DNA of 64,000 nt from an uncultured Candidatus Saccharibacteria bacterium (GTDB lineage Bacteria; Patescibacteriota; Saccharimonadia; Saccharimonadales; Saccharimonadaceae), in assembly GCA_963553945.1 (NCBI GenBank), contig CAUVOX010000002.1, positions 3,854 through 67,853 of the forward strand. The letters are read 5' to 3'. The notes under the pieces were generated by a model. The model worked only from the letters and a program-made list of their open reading frames with translations. It ran no database searches and had not been told where the DNA came from. The translations under genes were made by a program, and so were the position numbers. Shown piece after piece: positions 9,677 through 18,913 of the stretch; within the stretch, counting starts at the first letter, position 1, and every line of letters begins with the position of its first letter.

Positions 9677-10917
9677 GCCCTCATATCAACCCCGCCCTAC
9701 CGCAGATCATGTGGCTGGATCTCAATAGCGCCTTTGCCACCACCGAGCAACAAGCCTATCCCGGCCTGCGCCACCGACCGGTCGGGGTCACCAATCGGGC
9801 TAGTCCCAACTGCTGCATTATTACTGCCAGCTACGAGGCTAAAGCGCAGGGTGTTCATACCGGCATGAGACGTATAGAGGCTCTGCGCCAATGTCCCGGA
9901 CTAATCCTGGTCGAGTCTCACCCCGCTAAATACAGCGCCGTTTACCGACGTCTATTCCGGATCATGCACAGCTATTCGCCCGACTGCGACATGAAGTCGA
10001 TCGACGAGGGGTATATCGACCTGAGATCGACCGGCTACGATACACCGGCCAAACTGATCCGGCTCGGGCAAGAACTAAAAGACCGGGTCAAGCGAGAAAT
10101 CGGCGAGTACTTGACTATCAATGTTGGACTAGGCAGCAATCGCTTCCTGGCTAAGCTGGCCGCCGGTCTACACAAGCCCGACGGACTGGATATGATCACC
10201 GCCGACAATCTAATCCAAGTATATAGCCGGCTCCAGCTGGAAGACCTGACCGGCATCGCCGAGCACTTAGGGCGTCGCTTGCGCCGAGCCGGTATCAACA
10301 CGCCGATGCAATTCCTGGAAGCAAGCGAGGCGACTCTGCGCCGGCGGGTTTTCCGCGGTATCACCGGCACTTACTGGTATCAGCGACTGAGGGGATATGA
10401 AGTTGACGATCAGTCAACCGGACTAAGTATGATCGGGCGGCAGTGGGTAGTTGACCGTGGTAGCGACGACGAAGATTACCTGAGCTCATGCCTACATTGT
10501 CTAGCCGAAAATGTCGGACTAAAGCTCCGCTACCGCCGGATCAAAGCCCGTGGCGTTTGCGTCCGGTTGCGCCTGCAAGCAGGCGGGCATTATCAGCGCA
10601 AGGTTCTATCGCCCAGTCCTTTTGACTCCGACCAAGCTATCTGGCAGCTAGCCGAACCGCTATTCCAAGCTCGCCCCGCCGGTCACGTTTGCCGGCTAGG
10701 GATATATGTTTATAATTTCCGGTTGATCAACCAAGGCCAGCTCAGCCTGCTCAGTCAGACCACTCGTTCCGCCAGTCTAGTCAAAGCGATTGACCGGATC
10801 AATCAGACCTACGGACTAGCTACGATTCACTCAGCTCACTCCAGCCTCGGCGTCAAGCACGTCCGCCGGAAAGTACCTTTCGGTAGCACGAAATACTTTG
10901 ATCTGCTTATTGACTAA
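9673..10917 (+). CDS. dinB: Y-family DNA polymerase (Pol IV/DinB-like)
   Basis: LDLNSAF, ASYEAKAQGV.TGM, SIDE catalytic motif, LAKLA...KPDG. Confidence 0.88.
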   Translation: MSPHINPALPQIMWLDLNSAFATTEQQAYPGLRHRPVGVTNRASPNCCIITASYEAKAQGVHTGMRRIEALRQCPGLILVESHPAKYSAVYRRLFRIMHSYSPDCDMKSIDEGYIDLRSTGYDTPAKLIRLGQELKDRVKREIGEYLTINVGLGSNRFLAKLAAGLHKPDGLDMITADNLIQVYSRLQLEDLTGIAEHLGRRLRRAGINTPMQFLEASEATLRRRVFRGITGTYWYQRLRGYEVDDQSTGLSMIGRQWVVDRGSDDEDYLSSCLHCLAENVGLKLRYRRIKARGVCVRLRLQAGGHYQRKVLSPSPFDSDQAIWQLAEPLFQARPAGHVCRLGIYVYNFRLINQGQLSLLSQTTRSASLVKAIDRINQTYGLATIHSAHSSLGVKHVRRKVPFGSTKYFDLLID

Positions 10918-10965
10918 ATAATCTATAGGCTTTACCATTTTGTATAAGGAAATGGTAGAAAAGAG

Positions 10966-11646
10966 ATGCTAGCTAAGTTACGAAAAATCGCTAAGAGTCT
11001 GTGGCTGTTAGTAGCCACCAGCGGTCTGGTCAGCATAGTAGTCGGGCTGGTAGCGATGATTAGACCTCAGCTCGTCTTGTCGGTCTTTATTTATCTCTTC
11101 GGCGTCTTAGTTCTACTGATATCGGCTGTCATACTGGGCAAGTCCCTGCTCAGCGTTAAGAAAGACAATCTATGGTGGACGTCGATGATCTTTGCCGTAT
11201 GCGGCATCAGCATTGGCACCATGGTACTGGCCAATCCGATCGTCGCCCAAGCTTTCATCGTAGCTATCCTAGCAATCTATATCTTCATCCAGTCGTTACT
11301 GGGCTTGATCGCTACTTCCTACTCCGAGGATAACGAATCCAAGCCACTCGTTACCACCATCGGTATCATCGGTGTCATTCTCGGTTTCTTAGTGCTATTC
11401 CAGCCCCGACTAGCCACCACGGGGATGATGTGGATTGTCGGTATTTACATCTTTGCCTATGGCCTGGTAGCAGAATATTACGCCATCCGAACCTACCGCA
11501 AGACCAAAACGCTCCGCCAGGCTATCCGTAAGGCGGAACGAGCAGCCAGTCAATCCACCAAGACCAAGCATAGCCCCGATGATATCGCCGAGGCAGAGGT
11601 AGTCCGGACTAAGGCTAAATCAGCCGAGCAAGCACAGAAAGACTAG
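10966..11646 (+). CDS. HdeD/DUF308 family membrane protein
   Basis: Six hydrophobic helices in a repeated G..a...P pattern. Confidence 0.7.
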   Translation: MLAKLRKIAKSLWLLVATSGLVSIVVGLVAMIRPQLVLSVFIYLFGVLVLLISAVILGKSLLSVKKDNLWWTSMIFAVCGISIGTMVLANPIVAQAFIVAILAIYIFIQSLLGLIATSYSEDNESKPLVTTIGIIGVILGFLVLFQPRLATTGMMWIVGIYIFAYGLVAEYYAIRTYRKTKTLRQAIRKAERAASQSTKTKHSPDDIAEAEVVRTKAKSAEQAQKD

Positions 11647-11647
11647 C

Positions 11648-12466
11648 ATGCACTTGGTACATCTGCTAATACTGCCGCCCATCATCATGGGGATCATCCA
11701 GGGAGCGACGGAGTTCATCCCCGTCTCCTCCTCAGGACACCTGATCATAGCCAGTCATCTACTGAGGCTACATCACGGCGGTCATTTATTTATCCAAGCG
11801 CTTGATTTCGGCACAACCCTAGCTCTGATCATTTATTTCCGGCGCCAGTTAAAAGAGCTAGCTCGACAAGTGTTTATCGAGCACGACTATCGTCTGCTCC
11901 GCAATATCGCCATCACCTGTCTGCCCGTCGGGGTAATTGGCTTCGCTGCATCAAGGTTTGTCGAGCACTCAGCCTTCTTTGCCAGTAGCCTGGTCATCGC
12001 CATGTCGTTAATCATCTTCGGTATTATCATGGTCGTGCTAGAGAAACTGCCTCGACTATCAGATGTCGCCAATGGACGGGAACTATCGCCGAGTCGAGCC
12101 CTCGTCATCGGGATGGCTCAGTGTCTGGCTCTGGTGCCGGGAGTGTCTCGCTCCGGTTCTACCATCATCGCCTCTCGCCTCTGTGGACTCAAGCCCAAGC
12201 AGGCGACCGAGTATTCTTTCCTCGCCAGCATCCCCATCATGCTGGCTCTACTAGCTAAGTTAGTCGTCAAGAATACCGGTTTCATCGTTCATCATTGGCA
12301 ACCACTCTTACTCGGCAATATCTTCGCTTTCATCGTCGGTATCGTCGCCGTCAGGCTTTTCTTAACCTATCTAGAGAAGCACGACCTCAGAGCTTTTGGC
12401 GCTTACCGGATTAGCATCGCTATCATCATTATCTATCTACTATCAACGGGGGCACTACCGCACTAA
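11648..12466 (+). CDS. uppP: Undecaprenyl-diphosphate phosphatase
   Basis: QGATEFIPVSSSGH and PGVSRSGSTI motifs. Confidence 0.93.
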   Translation: MHLVHLLILPPIIMGIIQGATEFIPVSSSGHLIIASHLLRLHHGGHLFIQALDFGTTLALIIYFRRQLKELARQVFIEHDYRLLRNIAITCLPVGVIGFAASRFVEHSAFFASSLVIAMSLIIFGIIMVVLEKLPRLSDVANGRELSPSRALVIGMAQCLALVPGVSRSGSTIIASRLCGLKPKQATEYSFLASIPIMLALLAKLVVKNTGFIVHHWQPLLLGNIFAFIVGIVAVRLFLTYLEKHDLRAFGAYRISIAIIIIYLLSTGALPH

Positions 12467-12486
12467 ATAAGGTATAATGAAGATAT

Positions 12487-14586
12487 ATGCATAGCAGAGT
12501 AAGCGTTGGTGGGGTTCGACTCTGGCAAAAGAGGTTGATCTTTTCGATCATCCTGTGTCTACCGGCAACCGGTTTCCTGGCCCTAGACTGGCTAATACCT
12601 AATTCAGCTATTAACCGCACCATTCAGCCATGGGCGCCTCTGGCGACCTGCCTGATGTCCACCCTAGCGATTATCTATCTGGGGCTGGTCTTCTGGCGCA
12701 GTACCATCCGGGGCCTAAAGCATCAGCTATTTAATGTAGATAGCCTCATTACCATCGGCACTTCGGTTGCCTATGCTTATAGCTGTATTAGCTTTGTCTT
12801 GCTTGCCCTCCAGAATAACTCGCTCGTCATCCCCGCTAGTCGGCGAGTGCCACTTTACTTCAGTACGGTCACCTTTCTGTTCGTCTTCGTCGTTCTCGGT
12901 AAATGGCTGGAGATGCGGGCGATTAGCCGAGCGCAGCAGTCAGCCAAGCAGCTAATCCGGCTCAAGCCCAGCCTAGCTCACGTCGTCAGCGGCGGTCTCA
13001 TCATCAACATCCCCGTCGACCGAATCGAGGTCGGCGATTGGGTGATCATTAATCCTCATGAACGCATCCCTATCGATGGTTACGTCGTTGATGGCGTTTC
13101 TTCGGTTAATGAAGCGATTATTACTGGCGAGAGCGCACCCGTCAGCAAGCAGCTAGACAGTCGGGTGATCGGTGGCACCACCAATGGCTCAGGAAAGCTG
13201 GTCGTCGTGGCTGACCACTTGTATGAAGAGACGCTGCTGGCTCAGATCATCCAGCTAATCCGGAGCACTCGTTCTGATCGAACGATCAACGAAGACATCG
13301 CTGATCGTATGTCCAATGTCTTCGTCCCGCTGGTCATTCTCTTTGCCCTGATCTGTTTCGCCGTTAGATATTTCTTCCTTGGTTCCGACTTGTCGTCAGC
13401 CATGACTATGTTTATCTCCATTATCATGGTGGCTTGCCCCTACGCTTTTGGCCTGGCTAGCCCCAGTGTAACCACCGCTAGCGTCGACCTGGGCACTCGG
13501 AATGGCATCTTGATCAAGGGCAGCAGGAGCTTGGAGTCGCTAAGCCAAGTTGACACTATCGTCTTTGATAAGACCGGCACTCTGACCAAGGGTCAGCTAG
13601 CCGTGACCGACGTCATCACGATCTCCGCCACCGCCAAGGAGACTATGTCCATCGCCAGTAGCCTAGCCAAACACAGCCTCCACCCCTTAGCTCAGGCTAT
13701 CGCCCGGCGATCCAGCAAGCGCCAGATTGAAGCTAGAGCGGTCAAACGGCTGGAAGTGGTGACTAACCGGGGTATCAGCGGGCTAATCGGAGGCAAGAAA
13801 TACTACCTGGGTAGCGAAGAGTATGCTCGCAAGTTGCATAAGTCCGGCCTGCCCGATACTTCAAAGCTGCGTCGAATGGGCAAGGTAATTTGCTACGTCT
13901 TCACCAGGCAGCAAATTTTGGGCGTAATCGGCATCTCCGACCAGCCGAAAGAGGGGGCTGTCGGGCTGATCAAACAGCTCCATCAGCTAGGCATCAAGAC
14001 CTATCTGCTCTCCGGCGACAGCGAGACAGCCACCAAGGCAATCGCTCGCCGACTCGGGATCAAGCAGATCATTGCCAACACCAAGCCAGACGACAAGGCT
14101 AAAGAAGTGATCAGCTTGCGCCAGAAAGGTCACGTCGTAGCCATGGTCGGTGACGGCATCAATGATGCGCCGGCCTTGGCTAGTGCCAGCGTCGGTATCG
14201 CCATCGGCACCGGTACCGAGGCAGCCATTGAGACGGGAGATATCGTCATCGTCAATGGCAGCCCTCAGCTAATCTATAGCGCCCTCCGGTTAGCCAAGCT
14301 GACCACTCACAAGATCAGACAAAATATCTTTTTCTCACTCTTCTACAATGTCGTCAGCTTGCCGATTGCCGCCGGCACACTAGCCGGTGTCGGGGTTGAA
14401 CTAAGCCCCGAGCTAGCCAGCTTGATCATGGTGATGTCGATCACTACAATTACCGTCAATTCCCTGACTCTACGTATTTCCGACCTTAATGACGAACGTG
14501 ACCTGACCAGCAGCGTCGCCCCGGTCATCCTCTTCATGCTCTTCACCGTCATTTACGTCATCTTCTTGATGGCGGGTACCAGATAG
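12487..14586 (+). CDS. Heavy-metal translocating P1B-type ATPase (atypical CPY motif)
   Basis: TGES, ACPYAFGLA, DKTGTLT, HPLA, GDGINDAP. Confidence 0.9.
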   Translation: MHSRVSVGGVRLWQKRLIFSIILCLPATGFLALDWLIPNSAINRTIQPWAPLATCLMSTLAIIYLGLVFWRSTIRGLKHQLFNVDSLITIGTSVAYAYSCISFVLLALQNNSLVIPASRRVPLYFSTVTFLFVFVVLGKWLEMRAISRAQQSAKQLIRLKPSLAHVVSGGLIINIPVDRIEVGDWVIINPHERIPIDGYVVDGVSSVNEAIITGESAPVSKQLDSRVIGGTTNGSGKLVVVADHLYEETLLAQIIQLIRSTRSDRTINEDIADRMSNVFVPLVILFALICFAVRYFFLGSDLSSAMTMFISIIMVACPYAFGLASPSVTTASVDLGTRNGILIKGSRSLESLSQVDTIVFDKTGTLTKGQLAVTDVITISATAKETMSIASSLAKHSLHPLAQAIARRSSKRQIEARAVKRLEVVTNRGISGLIGGKKYYLGSEEYARKLHKSGLPDTSKLRRMGKVICYVFTRQQILGVIGISDQPKEGAVGLIKQLHQLGIKTYLLSGDSETATKAIARRLGIKQIIANTKPDDKAKEVISLRQKGHVVAMVGDGINDAPALASASVGIAIGTGTEAAIETGDIVIVNGSPQLIYSALRLAKLTTHKIRQNIFFSLFYNVVSLPIAAGTLAGVGVELSPELASLIMVMSITTITVNSLTLRISDLNDERDLTSSVAPVILFMLFTVIYVIFLMAGTR

Positions 14587-14634
14587 GTACTATAGCCGGA
14601 CGATCGTCGGCTAGTCGCATATCATCTTAAGCGC

Positions 14635-15732
14635 CTAGTCAACTCGGGTAACCACTGCCTCATATGGGGCGAGCGGCTTGGCTAGGTCGCCTCGCCCAAT
14701 ATAGCTACTGCAGACCAGCTCTCCCTTAGCTATCTCAGCTGCCGGAGCGACATATCTAGAAGACAAATTACCGGTAACCTGCAACTGATAGCCATCAAGT
14801 GACCGTCGATAGCAAAGGATGCCGCCACGGTCACCAACGAACTTGATGGCGCCGTCTTGCAAGATCAAGCTGCTCTTGCGCAGAGCGATCAGCTGACGAT
14901 AATAGCTCAGCACCGAAGCCGGATCGTTGTCTTGTGCTTCGACATTAACTACCTGGAAAATCCGGTCAAGCGTCAACTGCGGTGCCACTTCGCTAAAGCC
15001 GGCATACTCGTCATCACTCCAATACATCGGGGTACCGGCATTCAGCTCCGCCCGACCGAACCGTTGTCTCGGGCTGGGCGTGCCGATCTCTTGACCCTGA
15101 TAGATACAAGGTACGCCCGGCATAGTTAGCATGATTGTCGCCAGCATCTTGGCAACCTCCTCCCGGTACCGGTCACCGGCACAGAGTGTCACCGAGCGAA
15201 GAGTAGTCTCACTCTCCAGTTCAATCATAGTCGCATCATGCCTAGCCTTAGCCACCAGGTCACGCTTGAGCTTCTTTAAGTTCAAACTGCCACCGAGCCG
15301 ATAATCGCTTAGAAGAGGGTCTTGATATGGTACAAATCCCTCCACACCCTTCTTTAGCCAATAGTCGCAAACCTCCGCCTCAGCCAAACTGGCAGGGATA
15401 GATAAGATGATCTTCAGCCGTCGCTCCCGAGCTCGGCTGATTAAGTCGATTAACTGCAACATCGTGCCGAGACGAGTACTGAGTGACATCAAGTCGTCCG
15501 GCTTCGACTGATCCCCTTGATGAGTCAGCTCATATAGTGACAAGACAATAACGTCCACCCCCAGCTCGGCGATATAGTCAAGCCTGCTGATGAGACCGAC
15601 CAGATCGCCCAGACCATCGCCATCTGAGTCTTGGTAGCTCCGGATTAACACTCGGTAAGCCACGGAGTGCTCAAGCAGCCTAGCGTTCCGACCGCCATCG
15701 ATATATTCGTTATACTTTGCCCGCCCCTGCAT
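14635..15732 (-). CDS. Shortened GH13 oligo-1,6-glucosidase-like protein, catalytic core degenerate
   Basis: RSYQDSDGDGLGDL, PGVPCIYQGQEIG, TPMYW, NVEAQ..DP.S.L..Y; GFRxD and HD regions not recognisable. Confidence 0.7.
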   Translation of the reverse strand: MQGRAKYNEYIDGGRNARLLEHSVAYRVLIRSYQDSDGDGLGDLVGLISRLDYIAELGVDVIVLSLYELTHQGDQSKPDDLMSLSTRLGTMLQLIDLISRARERRLKIILSIPASLAEAEVCDYWLKKGVEGFVPYQDPLLSDYRLGGSLNLKKLKRDLVAKARHDATMIELESETTLRSVTLCAGDRYREEVAKMLATIMLTMPGVPCIYQGQEIGTPSPRQRFGRAELNAGTPMYWSDDEYAGFSEVAPQLTLDRIFQVVNVEAQDNDPASVLSYYRQLIALRKSSLILQDGAIKFVGDRGGILCYRRSLDGYQLQVTGNLSSRYVAPAAEIAKGELVCSSYIGRGDLAKPLAPYEAVVTRVD

Positions 15733-15820
15733 AGCAACATTATACCATTAGCGTAAGCATTTCATTGTAATATATACAAACCTCTTGCACTCAGCCGGTT
15801 AAACGTGCTAGTATATACGT

Positions 15821-15930
15821 AAGCAAAAGTTCAAACAAAAACTTAACAAACGTTATGCTTTCGAGCGAATTTTTGCTTTTGTCTCCACCACACACCTCTT
15901 GGGTCGGCCACTGCCGACCCTCTTTGTTTT
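15821..15930 (+). ncRNA. Candidate ~110 nt small RNA
   Basis: TTGCAC-N18-TAGTAT promoter with extended TG (15785-15814); 12-bp stem 15821-32/15867-78; terminator GGGTCGGC-CACT-GCCGACCC-TCTTTGTTTT. Confidence 0.5.
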
Positions 15931-15981
15931 ATCGGAGCGACCACACCGATTACCATTTGAAATTGTTCAATATCATTATCG

Positions 15982-16650
15982 CTACAAATCAGCCGAGAGA
16001 TCAACCTGATGTTCCCGACGCCATTTTTCAATCAGGGCATGGTTGCCCGAGAGGAGCACCTCCGGCACTCGTCTCCCCTTGTACTCCTCCGGTCTAGTAT
16101 ACTGAGGATACTCCAGCGCATCCAGCTGTGAATAGCTTTCGATCACCGTTGCTTCGTCGCCACCACCAAGTACACCCGGCAACAAGCGGACGATCGAGTC
16201 GATCACGATCATGGCCGGCAATTCACCGCCCGTTAACACATAACGACCCACCGAGATTTTCTCGTCCACCAGCTCCTCGACCCTGGCGTCAAAGCCCTCG
16301 TAGCGCCCGCAGACGATGATATAATCGTCATCACTCTCCGCATGTAGCCATGCCTGCTTTTGGTCCCAGACCGTCTTAGCCGGTGTCATCAATAACACCT
16401 TTGCCCGAGGTAAGATCAGCCTAGCCCGCTCTATCGCCTTAGTCAGCGGCTCGATCATCAGCAGCATACCCGCCCCACCGCCGAAGGGCTTATCGTCAAC
16501 CTGACGCCGAGGCCCCAGCCCATAATCACGCAGATTGATTAGCTGAAACTCCGCCTTCTGGTCTTTCTGCGCCTTCCACATCATAGACGAACCCAGTACC
16601 GGCTCGAACATCTCAGGAAATAACGTTATCACGACAAATCTTTTCATCAT
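15982..16650 (-). CDS. trmD: tRNA (guanine37-N1)-methyltransferase
   Basis: ITLFPEMF, VDDKPFGGGAGM, CGRYEG, YVLTGGE, YPQYTRP. Confidence 0.97.
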   Translation of the reverse strand: MMKRFVVITLFPEMFEPVLGSSMMWKAQKDQKAEFQLINLRDYGLGPRRQVDDKPFGGGAGMLLMIEPLTKAIERARLILPRAKVLLMTPAKTVWDQKQAWLHAESDDDYIIVCGRYEGFDARVEELVDEKISVGRYVLTGGELPAMIVIDSIVRLLPGVLGGGDEATVIESYSQLDALEYPQYTRPEEYKGRRVPEVLLSGNHALIEKWRREHQVDLSADL

Positions 16651-16685
16651 GGCTGATTATAGCATGCACCGAGTGGCTCACACTG

Positions 16686-16715
16686 AAAAACCGCCCTAAT
16701 AAATAGGACGGCTTT
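16686..16715 (-). terminator. Terminator after khpA
   Basis: minus strand CCGTCCT-N7-AGGGCGG-TTTTT. Confidence 0.65.
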
Positions 16716-16768
16716 ACAGCACAAATAAATCTCACATTTTAGTTCGCGCACATTTCGAACTGGGGATA

Positions 16769-17164
16769 TTATATATCAAGATCATCGAGGTCTGCAAGGT
16801 TCTGGCGAAGCTTATCGGCACGACTAAGTGTCTTTTCCACATCTTCAGTGGCTTTATTTTCCACAGTATCGACAGTCTCGTCGTTTTCTGTTGTAGATGT
16901 CGCCTCACCGGCTTCGCCCTGATTGTCTGTGTCAACAATCTTGAGATTATAGCGAGCATCATTCTTCGCTCCGAGTGCTCGCAAGATATTACGCAGGCTC
17001 TGAGCCGTCGCTCCTCGACGACCGATTACTCTGCCCAGGTCATCAGGTGCGACACTCAGCTCGAGAAGAACGCCTCGGTCATCTTCAGTTCGCTTGACAG
17101 ACACCTGGTCCGGATGATCTACCAGCTTACCAACCACAAACTCAACAAACTGCTGTTCTATCAT
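16769..17164 (-). CDS. khpA: KH-domain RNA-binding protein KhpA (YlqC) with acidic C-terminal extension
   Basis: LVDHPD, DDLGRVIGRRGAT KH motif; downstream of rpsP. Confidence 0.9.
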   Translation of the reverse strand: MIEQQFVEFVVGKLVDHPDQVSVKRTEDDRGVLLELSVAPDDLGRVIGRRGATAQSLRNILRALGAKNDARYNLKIVDTDNQGEAGEATSTTENDETVDTVENKATEDVEKTLSRADKLRQNLADLDDLDI

Positions 17165-17197
17165 ATCCGCCTCCTATTTAGCTAGGCTAATTCTAAC

Positions 17198-17228
17198 AAA
17201 AACCCCGCTACCATGCAATGAGCGGGGT
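17198..17228 (-). terminator. Terminator after rpsP, overlapping a khpA promoter
   Basis: minus strand ACCCCGCT-N11-AGCGGGGT-TTTT; contains TTGCAT-N17-TAGAAT. Confidence 0.65.
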
Positions 17229-17251
17229 GACCATCCCTTACCAATGTATAT

Positions 17252-17674
17252 TTACTCGGCAGGTTGATCCTGCTCGGCTGTTTCAGCCGGCTCTGACGGC
17301 TCGGCTGCACTGCTATCACTAGCTGCAGTTTCCTCGGCCGGCGTCTCGACCGGCTCCTCTTTGGGCTGATTGCGACGTAGCTTCTCAGGGTTGCGAATAT
17401 CTCGCTGCTTACCTCTGACTGTCTTGACCCATTTCGGCATCGTCATTCCTTCGCCGATCAAGATACGCACCACTCGATCGGTCGGCTGGGCACCATGGCT
17501 AAGATAGTTCTCGATAGCCTCTTTATCCAGCTGAACCTGCTTGGTGTGTGGATTATATGAGCCAACATAAGCCACCACCTTACCGCTCGACGGATGGCGC
17601 AAGACATCTTGCACGATCACCCGGTAAGTAGCGTAGTGGGTTTTACCTTGGCGTTGTAAACGGATTGCGAGCAT
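17252..17674 (-). CDS. rpsP: 30S ribosomal protein S16 with acidic tail
   Basis: MLAIRLQRQGK...YRVIV...GSYNP...GAQPTDRV. Confidence 0.96.
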   Translation of the reverse strand: MLAIRLQRQGKTHYATYRVIVQDVLRHPSSGKVVAYVGSYNPHTKQVQLDKEAIENYLSHGAQPTDRVVRILIGEGMTMPKWVKTVRGKQRDIRNPEKLRRNQPKEEPVETPAEETAASDSSAAEPSEPAETAEQDQPAE

Positions 17675-17822
17675 TTATCTCCTTAACTTAACTGATTACT
17701 CTATGACGGATTAGCCATATTCTACTAGAAGTCGCCCCTGTCTTCAATAGCCCGGCAGAACTCACAGCCTACTTGCCCATCGCACGCCGGACGAATGCAT
17801 GACCACAGCAAGCAGCTTTAGG

Positions 17823-18662
17823 CTACTTGGCTGTCTTCCAGCGCTCTAGCTGATCAAATGGATCAGACTTAGGGTCGCTCGGTTCAACCGTAGAATCTGC
17901 ATCAGTCTCGTCGGAATCCTCCTCTGACTCTGACGTCGATGACTCCTCCTCTGAAGTGTCAAGGTTAGCCTCAGTCTCGTCAGCAGTAGTTTGATCGTCA
18001 TCCTTTTCAGCTTCAGCCTCGTCTTTATCCTCATTAGTATCATCAGAGTCGAGATTGGGTTCACCATCATCCACCTCGGACTCAGGTTCATTCTCGTCCT
18101 CATCCACCTGCTCTTGCTTAACCTGCTCCTCATCGCCCGACTCGTCGCCCGTACCCACATTGGCACCATAGCCGACTCGATTAATCCGAGCCAGCTCCGC
18201 CATCAGAGCGACATCCTCGCCGGTTGGTAGCTTAGCCCCTTCCGCCTTTAGCTCTTTGATCATAGCCGTTACTTCCTTATCCCGACCGGCCTTATCCAGA
18301 CTCACGATCGGGTTATCTGATGTAGTCGGCTTATTACCGCTCTCTACCATCGCTCCCTCAACTACGACAGCTTGCAACGACTTTCGGATGTCTACCTTTT
18401 CCATGTCAGTTCGCACGCCATCCTGGTCGGCTGATTTGACCGTCTCATCGGCCACGAATACTAGAGCATCGTCCGTCGCCGCCGTCAGCTCTGCTCCGCT
18501 GGTGCTGGTGGTGTGCCCGACGAATTGCTCAGTTTCTTTGATATCCCGCATCGCCTCCGTCACCATCACCCGACCTTTCTCGCTAGACTGCTCTATCTTG
18601 GGCTTTGGCTTCAGCAGCTCGGGTGACTGCGGGAGGTCGTTTGTCTCGTCACTATCCTGCAT
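17823..18662 (-). CDS. Highly acidic, probably disordered hypothetical protein
   Basis: 279-aa ORF, SD AGGAG, D/E-rich C-terminal half. Confidence 0.65.
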   Translation of the reverse strand: MQDSDETNDLPQSPELLKPKPKIEQSSEKGRVMVTEAMRDIKETEQFVGHTTSTSGAELTAATDDALVFVADETVKSADQDGVRTDMEKVDIRKSLQAVVVEGAMVESGNKPTTSDNPIVSLDKAGRDKEVTAMIKELKAEGAKLPTGEDVALMAELARINRVGYGANVGTGDESGDEEQVKQEQVDEDENEPESEVDDGEPNLDSDDTNEDKDEAEAEKDDDQTTADETEANLDTSEEESSTSESEEDSDETDADSTVEPSDPKSDPFDQLERWKTAK

Positions 18663-18757
18663 CTTTAAATCTTCTCCTGCTTGATTAATTACTACTGGGG
18701 TAGATTATATCACACTAGTGAACGATGCCGCTAAATGACATCCATCAAAATAATACC

Positions 18758-18844
18758 TGGTACGCACAAAAGGACTTGAACCTTCACGAGCATAAGCTCA
18801 CTAGCACCTGAAGCTAGCGCGTCTACCAATTCCGCCATGTGCGC
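18758..18844 (-). tRNA. tRNA-Leu(CAG)
   Basis: GCGCACATGGCGGAATTGGTAGACGCGCTAGCTTCAGGTGCTAG...GGTTCAAGTCC...ACCA with long variable arm. Confidence 0.96.
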
Positions 18845-18913
18845 AAATGCGGGTGTCTCCATCCCGCTCTATAAGGTGCGACCTTTCGGCATTACGTGCT
18901 TGATTATATCATA

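Noticed and set aside
15881..15890. GTCTCCACCA resembling a tmRNA/tRNA-Ala 3' end or att site
   Set aside because: No T-arm precedes it and no matching 5' acceptor strand is present
16667..16678. CACCGAGTGGCT near the trmD promoter identical to part of a PadR box (22823)
   Set aside because: A single 12-mer match is expected by chance in 64 kb
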